Below, piece by piece: positions 53,206 to 64,000 of a DNA stretch of 64,000 nucleotides (the stretch's first letter is position 1; each line of letters begins with the position of its first letter). Position numbers and translations under genes: made by a program. The notes beneath the pieces are model-generated. The model saw only the letters and a list, made by a program, of their open reading frames with translations. It was not told where the DNA came from and did not search any database. The stretch is from Eledone cirrhosa. Its lineage: Eukaryota. Where the stretch lies: contig OZ024741.1 in NCBI GenBank assembly GCA_964016885.1, forward strand, positions 145,080,001 to 145,144,000. The letters run 5' to 3'.

Positions 53206-53460
53206 ACTGTTATATATATTTATATATTTATATATTTGGTCGTCAAGTATGAAATTTGTAGAAATTTCTTTTTTTTCCACAATTTTTTCTCCAATTTTCA
53301 TACTTGATGACCCAATATATGTCATATGTAAATAACTTCTACAGGACTAGAACTCCGTCCCTTACTTGCTGTCATTTTTATTGATCTTTTTACTCTTTAT
53401 CTTCAACCTTCCAAACCATATCTCTCTACTCCTACTCTATTTTAACAAAGTTATCATTAA

Positions 53461-53680
53461 CTCTTTAGTGTTCAAGCCGGCCAAAACCGGCCAGAATTCT
53501 CTACCTCCACCTGTTGAAACTGGCTGCAACTGATCGCTCAAACTGATGTTAAGCTATTGTTGTCAAAATAAATACTTCCAAAATCTCATAGATGCGATAT
53601 TATGTGAGATAATTATGTGAGGTAAAGCCTTTACCATGAAAATATAATAGTATATATAAAATAAAGTGAATGCTAAAGGG
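53461..53680. mobile_element. piggyBac-type MITE
   Basis: TTAA flanks, ends AAAGGG|TTAA; homologous to 38250-38469. Confidence 0.7.
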
Positions 53681-54698
53681 TTAAAGGCTGCTTCACAAGC
53701 TTCTCTCATTGTTATCCTACTATCTGCCATTTCTATATTAACACTTTTAATACTAAACCACATGAAAATGCCCCTCGTTCTTTGATACAAAGCTGTTTAT
53801 TTTTAAATGTTTATATAATCATTATCATCATCATCTTACGTCCGCTTTCCCAGTTTACATTGGTTGAATGGATCTTTTCCAGCACAGCATCTCTCCACTC
53901 GTTGAGTCCTTTGTCATTTTCTTTGTGAGCTCCAATGATTTGAGATCAGGTCTCACAACCTCAGCCCAAGTCTTTGGTCTCTCTCTACTGTAGCTTACAT
54001 CCATTGTAATTTCTTGGCACTTCTTCAACCAATGGTCATCATCCACGCTCATTACATGGGGCTATACCAGTACAGTCATCTCTCCTGCATACTACATCTA
54101 TCTTCCATCAAACTTTTATATAAATAACCTTTCTTAAGTTAGTTCCAAATACCATATTATATTACTAAATCCTTCAAAATTGTTGATTATTTCTAAATCG
54201 TGGGTAGTATCTATCATCAGAAATACGGCAACGAAAGAATTAATCTTCCTTTACAATCTATTTTATTTATCATTTGAAATCATTATTTCAAATTACTAAA
54301 ACAGTTCCAGTCCTGTAGAAGTCATTTACATATGCAATAAATATGTACCTTCTCTACTAATGTATTGAGTAGCTTATTTAACTGTGGTTCCCTTCTATTA
54401 CTCTTCAGAAAACCATTTTTAATTATATATATATATATATATACACACAAACATACATATACTCCACAGGCATACATATGTTCCCCCTACACACATATAC
54501 ATTCATATAATTATATTCTTTTCTGGTTTAAACAGACAGAAAATTTCCTTTTGGAACAGAAGAAAAATAATTAGCAGTGTCTCACTTTCTCATAAAATAT
54601 TCTATTGGAATTCTCTTGCCGTTACAGATTCTAAAAAAGAAATATAATTCTTTTATTTATTTTATTTTACAGGGGAGCGTGGCATGGGGGCCACATAC

Positions 54699-54764
54699 CT
54701 AAGATATCAAATGGCGCCAGTTTGCCATGGAATTTATTTCTAGTAATATGGAATAAAAAATGCC
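54699..54764 (-). CDS. Candidate 66-nt internal host exon (phase 1-1), xHFLFHITRNKFHGKLAPFDIL
   Basis: TTTATTTATTTCAG acceptor and AG|GTATGT donor in non-repetitive DNA; open frame; protein not recognised. Confidence 0.35.
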   Translation of the reverse strand, partial: GIFYSILLEINSMANWRHLIS

Positions 54765-55084
54765 CTGAAATAAATAAAAGTTGTGAAATGGAATTAGAAA
54801 TATATAACTTTTAACTGTTTATTTTTCTTTTTTTTTAAGGTGTAAATAATGGCTGTAGAATACAGAGTCTGAAAGATTGATTTAATGCTATCACTGTGTG
54901 ATATTGCTATAATTTGTTCTCAATGAAACTCTGTTTACTTTTCAAGGTATAATCTAAATGGCAAACTTCAGCCCTTAACAGAAATTTCGATACCAACTAT
55001 TAATATATATATATAAAGTAGTGTAGTTAATATGAAACATTATGTGATATGTAATAAAGGACCGATAATTTTCAAAAAGCCATT

Positions 55085-55459
55085 TATGTATTTGTTTTGC
55101 AAGGTTCTTGATGTGATATCATGTGTTGAAACTGATAATGTTATATTTGGATATAGTCATATTGCCAATATTGCCAATAAAAAGATACATCACCTTATGA
55201 TTTTCACTTTATCTTTATTACTAATTATTCATTAGTTCCCCAACGTTCTTTTGTCACAGATTCTGTGACCTCCTCAATGCAGATTAAGACCAGACAGAAG
55301 AGGAGACATGAAAGGGAACAGATATTCATTGAGAAGGTAAAAGAATATGATGAAAGAACTTTGACAAACTAATGAATAACTGATAATAAAGATAAAATGA
55401 AAATCACATGGTGCATGTGTTTATTTTTATTGGCAATACTGGCAACATGACAGTATATA

Positions 55460-55460
<1 letters not shown>
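55085..55460. mobile_element. Old family D inverted repeat
   Basis: About 55150-55250 mirrors about 55354-55455; homologous to 10990-11100. Confidence 0.55.
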
Positions 55461-55529
<69 letters not shown>

Positions 55530-55685
55530 TACACACATATAAACAAAGAGGAAGACTAAGAAAAACATGGGTAGATGTATTGGAAACTGATCTCAAGAAA
55601 CTGAGCCTTACAGCAAACCTGTTAAAGAAAAGAAACAAGTGGAGAGATCTATACTTGAGAGGACTTGTCTACACACACACACACA

Positions 55686-56805
55686 GACAATTATGTGCAC
55701 CAACATATGCCAGCCTAGTCTTGGGATAGCACGAATTACAAATAAAAAAAAAAACTGAAAAAGATTATGGGCATAATATGACGACTACATAAAAGAGGTA
55801 CTTGGCTGGTTGCTTCATAATGTGGAGGGAGAATCATGACTAGCTGAAGAAATTTCAAACACTCATCAGTGACATAAACCAGAATATCCAATACACTATG
55901 GATTTTGGCAATACAAAACTTCCATTTTTAAATATCCTAATAACAAAAAGAAGCAGAACATTAGAAACTGACATATATATTTCAAACACACTGACTCCTG
56001 ACCATACCTCTTCTTTACATCTTCTTATCCATCACACACCCGTACTAACATCCCTTTTAACTTAGCCAAGTGAATCTGTACAATAGTCTTAAACCCAACA
56101 ACCAGAGACGATAGTAGTCTAGAAGATACGAAACAAATACTTATCAAGAGAAAGTCTCTTCAGAATTTAATCAATAGTATCCAAAAAGCAAGTCAAATCG
56201 ATACCCAAACACTCTAGGAAACAAAAACGAAACAAGAAAAAAGGTCATACATTTCAACCTTCAATCCAAAGAACACAGAGATATACAACTAAACTTAACT
56301 ATCTTACTAAAGGACAAGAAAATGAAAAACATCTTACAAAAAACATCCAATCATAAAAAGTAAACAACAACCCAAATCACGAAAAAAGATGCTAACGAAT
56401 GCAAAACTGCAAACGCTACTATATAATCTGAAGTAAAAAGGTGCAGTAAACCTCACTGTGGAGTATGCAACCCTCTATTAGAGTGAAATGAATTCAATTT
56501 CAATGATTATACCATCTTCAAAATTAAAAATGACTTTTCTTGCAACTTGGAAAATCGAATAAACATGTAAAGGCTGCCACGAACATTATATTAGACAAAC
56601 AGTCCGTTCACTCCGAAAACGAATGATAGTCAACAAATCAGGGACCCACACACCAGAAATATCCTTCTAAGTCAACATGTGGATGATGAATTCTGCCAAA
56701 TTTCGATGTTTTCCCATTCTACCAGTTTAACAAAAATTTTACTCAGTAAAAAACATATTAATAAGGAAAGATTTTTCATAAGTAAATTCAAGCCAAAACT
56801 CAATT
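55686..56805 (+). pseudogene. Penelope-like element RT C-terminus, Cys linker and GIY-YIG endonuclease, decayed
   Basis: Fragments LPFLNILITK, SSYPSHTRTNIPFNLAK*ICTIV, CSKPHCGVC, FKIKNDFSCNLEN, CKGCHEHYIRQT..SLRKRM. Confidence 0.8.
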
Positions 56806-56886
56806 TCTTACACAATTTCTTAAAGCTATTTCTTAAAACAATTTCTTAAAACAATTTCTTACACAATTTCTTAAAACAATTTCTTA
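56802..56886 (+). repeat. 14-bp tandem repeat (AATTTCTTAMAMAC-like)
   Basis: About 6 units immediately after the PLE ORF. Confidence 0.8.
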
Positions 56887-57068
56887 TAGAAAAAAAAAAA
56901 AATAGCCTGAATTATGTCCCTTGTAATAAACCATATTCTCCTCGATATAAGCGACAAAGATAAAGCCAGTTGCGTCATTGTGTCCCTTATTTTCAGCAAA
57001 AACATAAGCAGCCAACCACGTGAAATAAATAGAAATGAAAAACATTCATCAAAAACTGCAATGAAAAT

Positions 57069-57109
57069 CTTTTTGAAAAGACTGTAAGCGCAGCTGAAAC
57101 CAGTAAAAG
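57069..57109 (+). ncRNA. Minimal type I HHR, U3-A8 variant, in the putative PLE 3' region
   Basis: CTTT-TTGAAAA-GACTGT AAGC GCAGCT-GAAAC-CA-GTA-AAAG. Confidence 0.55.
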
Positions 57110-57822
57110 TAGGCAAACATATATAAATAATCATGAAATTACTTGGCACATTAATACAGACACCTTCTAAACAAGAAAAAGGTCAGTCACTGCATTTTTC
57201 AAACCCTATTTTCCCTATAACATGTGATTTGTCAAAAAACTCCTAATGTTATAATTTTTCCCCTATATATATATATGTTAAGATATTGATTAATATGTAA
57301 AGTTATTAATCATATTGTCTGACAAAAGTTTAGGTTAACCAAAGTGCTACAGATAGCCACTATTAGTACTTAAAGTCAGCTCTTCTAATATATAATTTGA
57401 GAATTTTCATGAGGAGCAGTAAGATTCATGAGCTTGGTCGGTCTCGCTTGGGGATCCAGGCGAATCAGTTGGAGATGGTTGCTTCTGACAGGACCTGCTG
57501 GAAGGAGTGTTTGAGGACTCTGCCCCTGTGACCCTCTCAGGAATAAGCAGGAACAAGTGGGAGAAGAAGAACATAATAATTCAAGGGACAATAATCTTAA
57601 TCTTAATTCTAGCGTATTTTCAAAACAATCCATATTTCGTATCAAGTCCAAATAGCCAATCTATCGCTAAAACAAACTACATTTTCTGTTTCTATTAATT
57701 GTTAAATACGAAAGTTTTTGGGCGTATTTAACAGAACAAATTTTGTATTTTTGTTAATCGCTTGTTAAATGCAAGGACCCCATTCAATCATTACCTTCTT
57801 GGACAATATCTTACCCTTGAAT

Positions 57823-57875
<53 letters not shown>

Positions 57876-57876
<1 letters not shown>

Positions 57877-58059
57877 GCGGTGGTTTGGCAGTATCGGTAG
57901 AGGGTCAGACGCCATGATTTGCAGCAAAGAGTTACGGCCTTTTATGGACTGAGTTCAAATCCCGCCGAGGTTAACTTTGCCTAGATAAAATTGGGTAGAT
58001 AAAATAAAATACCAGTAATACACTGGGATAATTGCTAGCCTTGTGCCAAAAGTAGAAAC

Positions 58060-58064
<5 letters not shown>
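57876..58064 (+). mobile_element. SINE family A, in (TA)n
   Basis: Family match. Confidence 0.82.
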
Positions 58065-58098
<34 letters not shown>

Positions 58099-58909
58099 CG
58101 TGGAATATGGACGTTAAACGATGATGATGATGATGATATATATACATACACACATGCATACATACATATAAGCCATGGAAAAAGAAAATCCAAGAAAGAT
58201 AGGGTAGAGGTGGAGAAAGCTAATCTTGAAACTGAGTCTTAAAAAGAAGATAACAAAAGAAAGAAGCAATGGAGAAATGCTGCATTGGAAAGAACACATC
58301 TACCCCATTCAAGTAAGAACAATTGAGCATAAAAGAGATGATAATGATATATATTGTTTTATTCTTCTATTAGCTTCAGTTAATTAGACTGCAATTATGC
58401 GGGGACACTTTCATTGAAGGTTTCGGCAATTATATTAAACTCAGTAATCATTTTTATTTTAAAAGTTTGATACTTATTTCATCACTCACTAAAGTATATG
58501 ATATAACACTGGCTGTCAAAGGTTGTTGATATGGGGTCGGTATACAGACAAAATATTGTGTAGGCAAAAAACAAGAAAGATAGAGAGGCAGAACACATGC
58601 ATACATACACAGAGAAGTAATTATCATCTGCTGACAATTTGTATGTAGTTACCATATATATTTGTATATATATTCAAGGTCAATGTTTTGTTGATTTTTA
58701 CCAACTTCAACATTTACATAAAAGGGCGCCAACATATCTGAAGCAATACATCCAGATATTTCAGGTAATTTTCGTAAATGAAGATGACAATACTTTTAAA
58801 AACTTTTATCATCATACTTGTAATACACACACCCAGAAAATGTATCTGCAAAATATGCAAGGAAACAAATTGAGGTAGGTGCAGTACACTGTAGTTATGT
58901 ATATATATA

Positions 58910-59454
58910 CTAGCTGCAGTACCTGGTAATACCCAGGAACAGTGGGGTTATTCGCAGTTTTCAGAGTGCGCCTGCAAATGCTAGTGTCCCTCGGTGCCCA
59001 TACTGGATTTTCAATAGCAACCTTTGCTAGGTGTGTTTATGGCATATCAATTTTTTCTGTGGAACTATAGTAGACATAAACCGAGAAAACACACCATCAG
59101 TCGGATAAACAATCAGAAGTGTTGGCCCTAAAGAGGGCCTTGTAACGTTCACTGTTGCAAAGTGTCACTAATGAGTTACATCTTCTTAATTTGTGTGAAT
59201 CTTCCCACGATCTGACACCTCGAAATATCGACAAAATAAATTCTACTCTCAAAGACGGCATGTTACAATTAACATGCCGGGAGTACAAATATTTGTCAAC
59301 ATACAATTTGGGTTTTGTTCTTCAGACTAATCTCATGGTTAAACAGCTTCCAGGTCATTGATCATCACACTTTTTTGTAACTTATCACTGATCTTAATGT
59401 TGACCTTAATGTGACCTAAGCGTGTGTACCTGTTCAGAATCCATATCAGTGGAT

Positions 59455-59490
<36 letters not shown>

Positions 59491-59885
59491 GACATCTGTT
59501 CAGTCGTCAACCAAAATTAGATTGTCGTCTGCTTTTTTTGAAATTTCTTTATGTATATTTCTAATAAGTTGTTGCCTAGTTTTGGAGGACTGAGTTGTGG
59601 GAGGAGGAAAGGGAGTAGTGGGGGGGGGGGGGTGTTTTAACATACAGTTGTAGTATCTCCTCTTCTCCTTTTCTCACTGAAACGTCTTCTCTTTCCTCCT
59701 CCATTGTAAAGATGTCCCCAGGGGTTCCATTATTGATTTTTATTGAAATCCAATTAGCCTGTCCTCTTTCTGAATATTAGCTTAACATGTGTGTAAAATT
59801 TCATCAGAATTGGATCACTGGTGTAGGCGCCAACTGGTTATACACATATATGCAGAGAAACAGAAATTGCCATTTATATAGTAGA
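58910..59885 (-). mobile_element. Non-autonomous Helitron
   Basis: Minus strand A|TC 5' end at 59885; hairpin CCTGG-6nt-CCAGG (58922-58937) 8 nt before CTAG|T 3' end. Confidence 0.65.
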
Positions 59886-60007
59886 TATATATAATTTAAG
59901 GAATCCAGGAGTCTGATAAGTTGTTGATTCCTGAGGTGGGTCTGATCGATACAGATCGTACCTCGAGCTGATCCATTGCAAAACATGCTCAACACTTGAG
60001 TGAACTT

Positions 60008-60196
60008 AATAATTGTTTCTACTTTTGGCACAAGGCCAGCAATTACCCAGTACATTACTGGTACTTTATTTTATCGACCCCGTAAGGATGAAAGGCAAAG
60101 TTGACCTCGGCAGGATTTGAAATCAGAATAGAAAGGGCTGTAACTCTATGCCTCAAAGCATGACGTCCGACCTTCTACCGATACTGCCAATCCACT
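60008..60196 (-). mobile_element. SINE family A
   Basis: Family match. Confidence 0.85.
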
Positions 60197-61309
60197 ACTT
60201 TGACACCTCATTCCTACATGTTATTATAATATATATATATATATATATATATTATATACCTTGTCCATTGAAGCAGTTATGATAAATATCACATTATAAT
60301 CATGCATAAACATATGTGTGTATGTACACTTACAAGCACATACAGGTAAACAAACTATATATCCATATTTATTGTATACATACACATGTTTTATTCAGTT
60401 TCTATGTTAAATAAAGGCCTATCACATTTGGGAAATTGTGCTATTGTTGTCTGCTAAAAGAAAGTAAACAGAAACTCTAGGAACCTGTTGAAACTTTAGA
60501 AGATGAATGAAATGGAAGAAAATCATTATGTAATCAGGTTGGAAAACAAAGAAATGACACTTAAAAACAACTTTAAATGACACTTAAAAATAACTTCTTC
60601 TTTGCTCTCTTATTCCTGAGAGGGTCGTGGGGGAAGAATTCTCAAACACTCTTTCCAGCAGGTCCTGTCAGAAACAACCATCTCCAACTGATCCAGCAGG
60701 ATCCCCAAGTGAAACCAGCCAAGCGCATGGATGTTATCCAATCATCTTGCTACCCCTGGGTCTCTTGCCCATAAAATCTGTCCAGCGGTTCTTTTCTGAG
60801 ACATTCTAACCACATGCCCATAGTTTCAGAGCTGTGATCTCTCAATTCTGAGGTAATGTATCTACCTGGAGTGACTCTCTTATTCTAAGTAAAATATCTT
60901 AGATTTCAAAATATCAAAACTTCATAAAAATATTTTCCACTCTTCAGAATTTACAAAACTACACCATCTAAACATAATGTGCTGATTAGCTGCTTTCTTT
61001 GGCATATACACTGGGTTTGGAATTTTGCTGATTTCTCAGATATGAAATAGAGGGTGTTCGTTTTTATTTGGATTGGCTTATATAAAAGTATATATGATAT
61101 GTTTCTTCTCATTCTTTCTTCATATTATAAAATACACATATATGAAAATATCTATTCCTTTTCTCATTTACTTTTTCCCTTTTTCTAAAATTACTGCTTT
61201 CTTTCATTTTTGATGTTTGAGCATGAACAATATTGTAAATTGTTTTAGTCATATGTTATTGTCGTGAATTCATTTAAGCTTTGAAAGTTTATTTTTTTAC
61301 AATCGTATT

Positions 61310-61690
61310 CTTTCAGTCATTACTCAAGATTCATGATCATAGGTAAAAGAAGGCACAAACACTGAATTGAATATACCAAATTTGGCTTTTACCCCTACCT
61401 CCCTTCTAATGAATGAGTGCTGAAGGTGGTACATTACTGTACCAATTCCAGCAATTCTTGCATTCAATTCAGCCTCCTGCATTTCATCAGTTGTGAAAAC
61501 AGCCCCAAGATACGTAAACTTCTTCACCTGCTTCAGTGTAACTCTACTCACAGGCAAAATGCACTGTGCAGGCTTTTTGAAGGGGTTGAATGTCTCAGTT
61601 TTTGCAGTGCTGATTTTCATTCTTGCTGTGCCACACTTGGTAGCAAACCTATCTAGTGCATTTCTGAAATCACCTTCTGATGAGTTAAAT
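61310..61690 (-). pseudogene. Old RTE RT fragment (no PHD insert)
   Basis: ORF 61324..61707 MKISTAKTE...LKQVKKFTYLG. Confidence 0.75.
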
Positions 61691-62795
61691 AGCTCTATGC
61701 TGATCATAATGTCATGGGTTTGAATCTTGGACTGAATTGTGTGTTATGTTCTTGAGCAAAACACCTCATTTTACATTGATCCAGTATGCTCAGCTGAAAA
61801 TGAGAAGTAGCAGTAGCTGGGAGTTTAATCTTGCAATGGACTGGCATCCAGTCTCACTTGCATTGAGAAGTTACACCTCCGGTCCCACAGACATGTGGTT
61901 AGAATGCCTAAGGAAAGAAATACTGGACAGGGGACCCAGAAGTGGGTCACAAGCAAGATGGTTGAATGACATCTATAATCTCAGTTGGTTTCACTTTGAG
62001 ACCCAGTTAGACTATTTGGAATTGGTTGCTTCAAATAGGATTCTATGGAAGGCATGCCTGAGGACACTGCCCCAACATACCTCTCAGAAATAAGTGGGCA
62101 AAGAATAATAATGTATTTTTCATATATTTATTAGTTTATTTTAAATATATATCTATACATTTATATTTATTTAACTACTGTTATACACAATGGTAAATGG
62201 ATACTTCAAAGATTATTCATTATATAGCAGGTGATATTCTGTTACAATAATGTTGTTCTTTAGCCACTCCAACCTATGCCAATATGAAAAACATATGTAA
62301 AATGATGATGATGATGACTATCAAACACACAAGAACACCCAGACTCACAAATATAAAAAGACAAAACATTTTCTACTCAAACTATTGACAACTAAAGGTA
62401 TATGTGTAAATATTCTAAAATCCATGATCACACAATGCCATCAGTTATGTTCTAATTTCCCCATTTCTAAACACGCTCACATATAATATTCCTTAAATTA
62501 ATCTAAAAATCGATCTCCTCAAGAGAATCTTGATTCTTTGACAATATTCCTGGAGCAAAGACATTTTTTTTCTTTTTGCTGCATTGCATGTTTATTTTTA
62601 CTTTTTATCACAAAGCAATTTTTCATTGAAATGGTTATTTCTTCCTGTAACTCTATAGATATATTAATTAACAGAACATATTGGTTGTAGCCATAGTGCT
62701 AAGGAAATACAGCCCGCTTAAGAAGGAATTCTTCTAATCTAAATTTAAAAAGTGAAACAAAAAATGTCACCAACCGTTTCAATGTTTATTCATCT

Positions 62796-62883
<88 letters not shown>

Positions 62884-62937
62884 TATATATAAACATATAC
62901 CGTGTATATATATATATAGACCCATATATTCTTTAGA

Positions 62938-63114
62938 AAATGTAGGAATCTCAAATGAAGAAAATAACTGTACCAATAGTGGAATGCACCCACTACGTAG
63001 AAGCTGATGGCCACTTATTTCTGTCTATTGGGCATTTTACAGAATTTTCTAAACTATTAATTATAGCAGATAACATTTGCAACAGTTATTTTCTGCATTT
63101 GGGATTCCTACATT
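62938..63114. repeat. Inverted repeat, about 34-bp arms
   Basis: AAATGTAGGAATCTCAAATGAAGAAAATAACTGT / ACAGTTATTTTCTGCATTTGGGATTCCTACATTT. Confidence 0.65.
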
Positions 63115-63149
63115 TATTAAAAAATTTCAAATTACTCAGAATTTCTATG

Positions 63150-64000
63150 ATCTTCATCATCATCATTTTACGTCCGCTTTCCCTCCTTGCAAGGGTGGGA
63201 CGGGTCCTATTCAGCACAACATCTCCCCACTTGTCACGGTTCTTCCTCATCTCCACTGTGAGCTTCAGCAATCTGAGGTCTGCTCTCACCACCTTCGCCC
63301 ATGTTTTTGTGGTCTTCCTCTACTACGTCTTCCTTCAACTGGCATTTCTTGGCACTTCTTCACCCATCGGTCATCCTCCATGCGCATCACATGTCCATAC
63401 CATTGCAGTCTCCTCTCCAGCACACAATAATTTATCCCTCTCAGACACACTTTCTCTCTCAAAACATCCATGCTCGGCCGTTCACGCACATTGACATTGC
63501 ACATCCAACGGAGCATCTTGCCTCATTTCTCTCCAGCCGTTGCATATCCTCTGCAGTTGCTGCCCATGTCTCATTACAATGCAGCATAGCTCTCCTCACA
63601 CAGGCATCATATAACCGGACTTTCGTACGCAGGGAGCAACCCTTCTTTGTCAGCAGAGGAAGCAACTCCCTAAACTTCTTCGAACCTGTCCTTATTCTAG
63701 ATACTATGGCCTCGGAACACCCCCTCCCACGCTAATCTGATCTCCTAGGTACCAGAAGCTATCCACCACTTCTATAGCACCCACCTGTATTTGAAAAATG
63801 TGTCTATCAATGCAACTTCTACTACTGTCTAATTTCCCTGCACATCTACTGCATATGTATTTCTCCCTACCTGTTAGTTTCCCTGCTATCCCGCTACATC
63901 TCTTGTGTACCCAAGATCTGCATTGTGTACATTTTATAGAATTTATGCCAGTTCCTTTTCTGCATATCAAACATGGCCATTTCCCTGATGGAATCAGAGT
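63150..64000 (-). mobile_element. RTE LINE 3' part (third PHD-bearing family), runs off window
   Basis: ORFs 63704..63970, 63459..63665, 63286..63516; tip CCCACCCTTGCAAG..GGGAAAGCGGACGTAAAATGATG matches the SINE-B tip. Confidence 0.88.

Overview
AT-rich eukaryotic (animal) DNA. The repeat families, (TA)n/(CA)n density and tRNA-derived SINEs resemble a coleoid cephalopod such as Octopus (inference). There is no intact host CDS; one 66-nt minus-strand candidate exon suggests the window may be intronic. Most of the window is transposon debris: at least 6 young RTE-clade LINE copies (APE + RT with an inserted PHD-type finger), older RTE fragments, two tRNA-derived SINE families, a decayed mariner, piggyBac-type MITEs, a non-autonomous Helitron, CRE-like and hATm-like fragments, and a decayed Penelope-like (PLE) RT/GIY-YIG ORF. 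The main signal is about ten unrelated head-to-head inverted repeats (arms about 35-185 bp), mostly inside (TA)n tracts. Several arms carry recognisable type I hammerhead ribozymes (HHR) with a palindromic stem III. Three HHRs show the compensatory U3-A8 core variant, and one of these lies just downstream of the PLE ORF. All structures were read by eye; no folding or database search was run.
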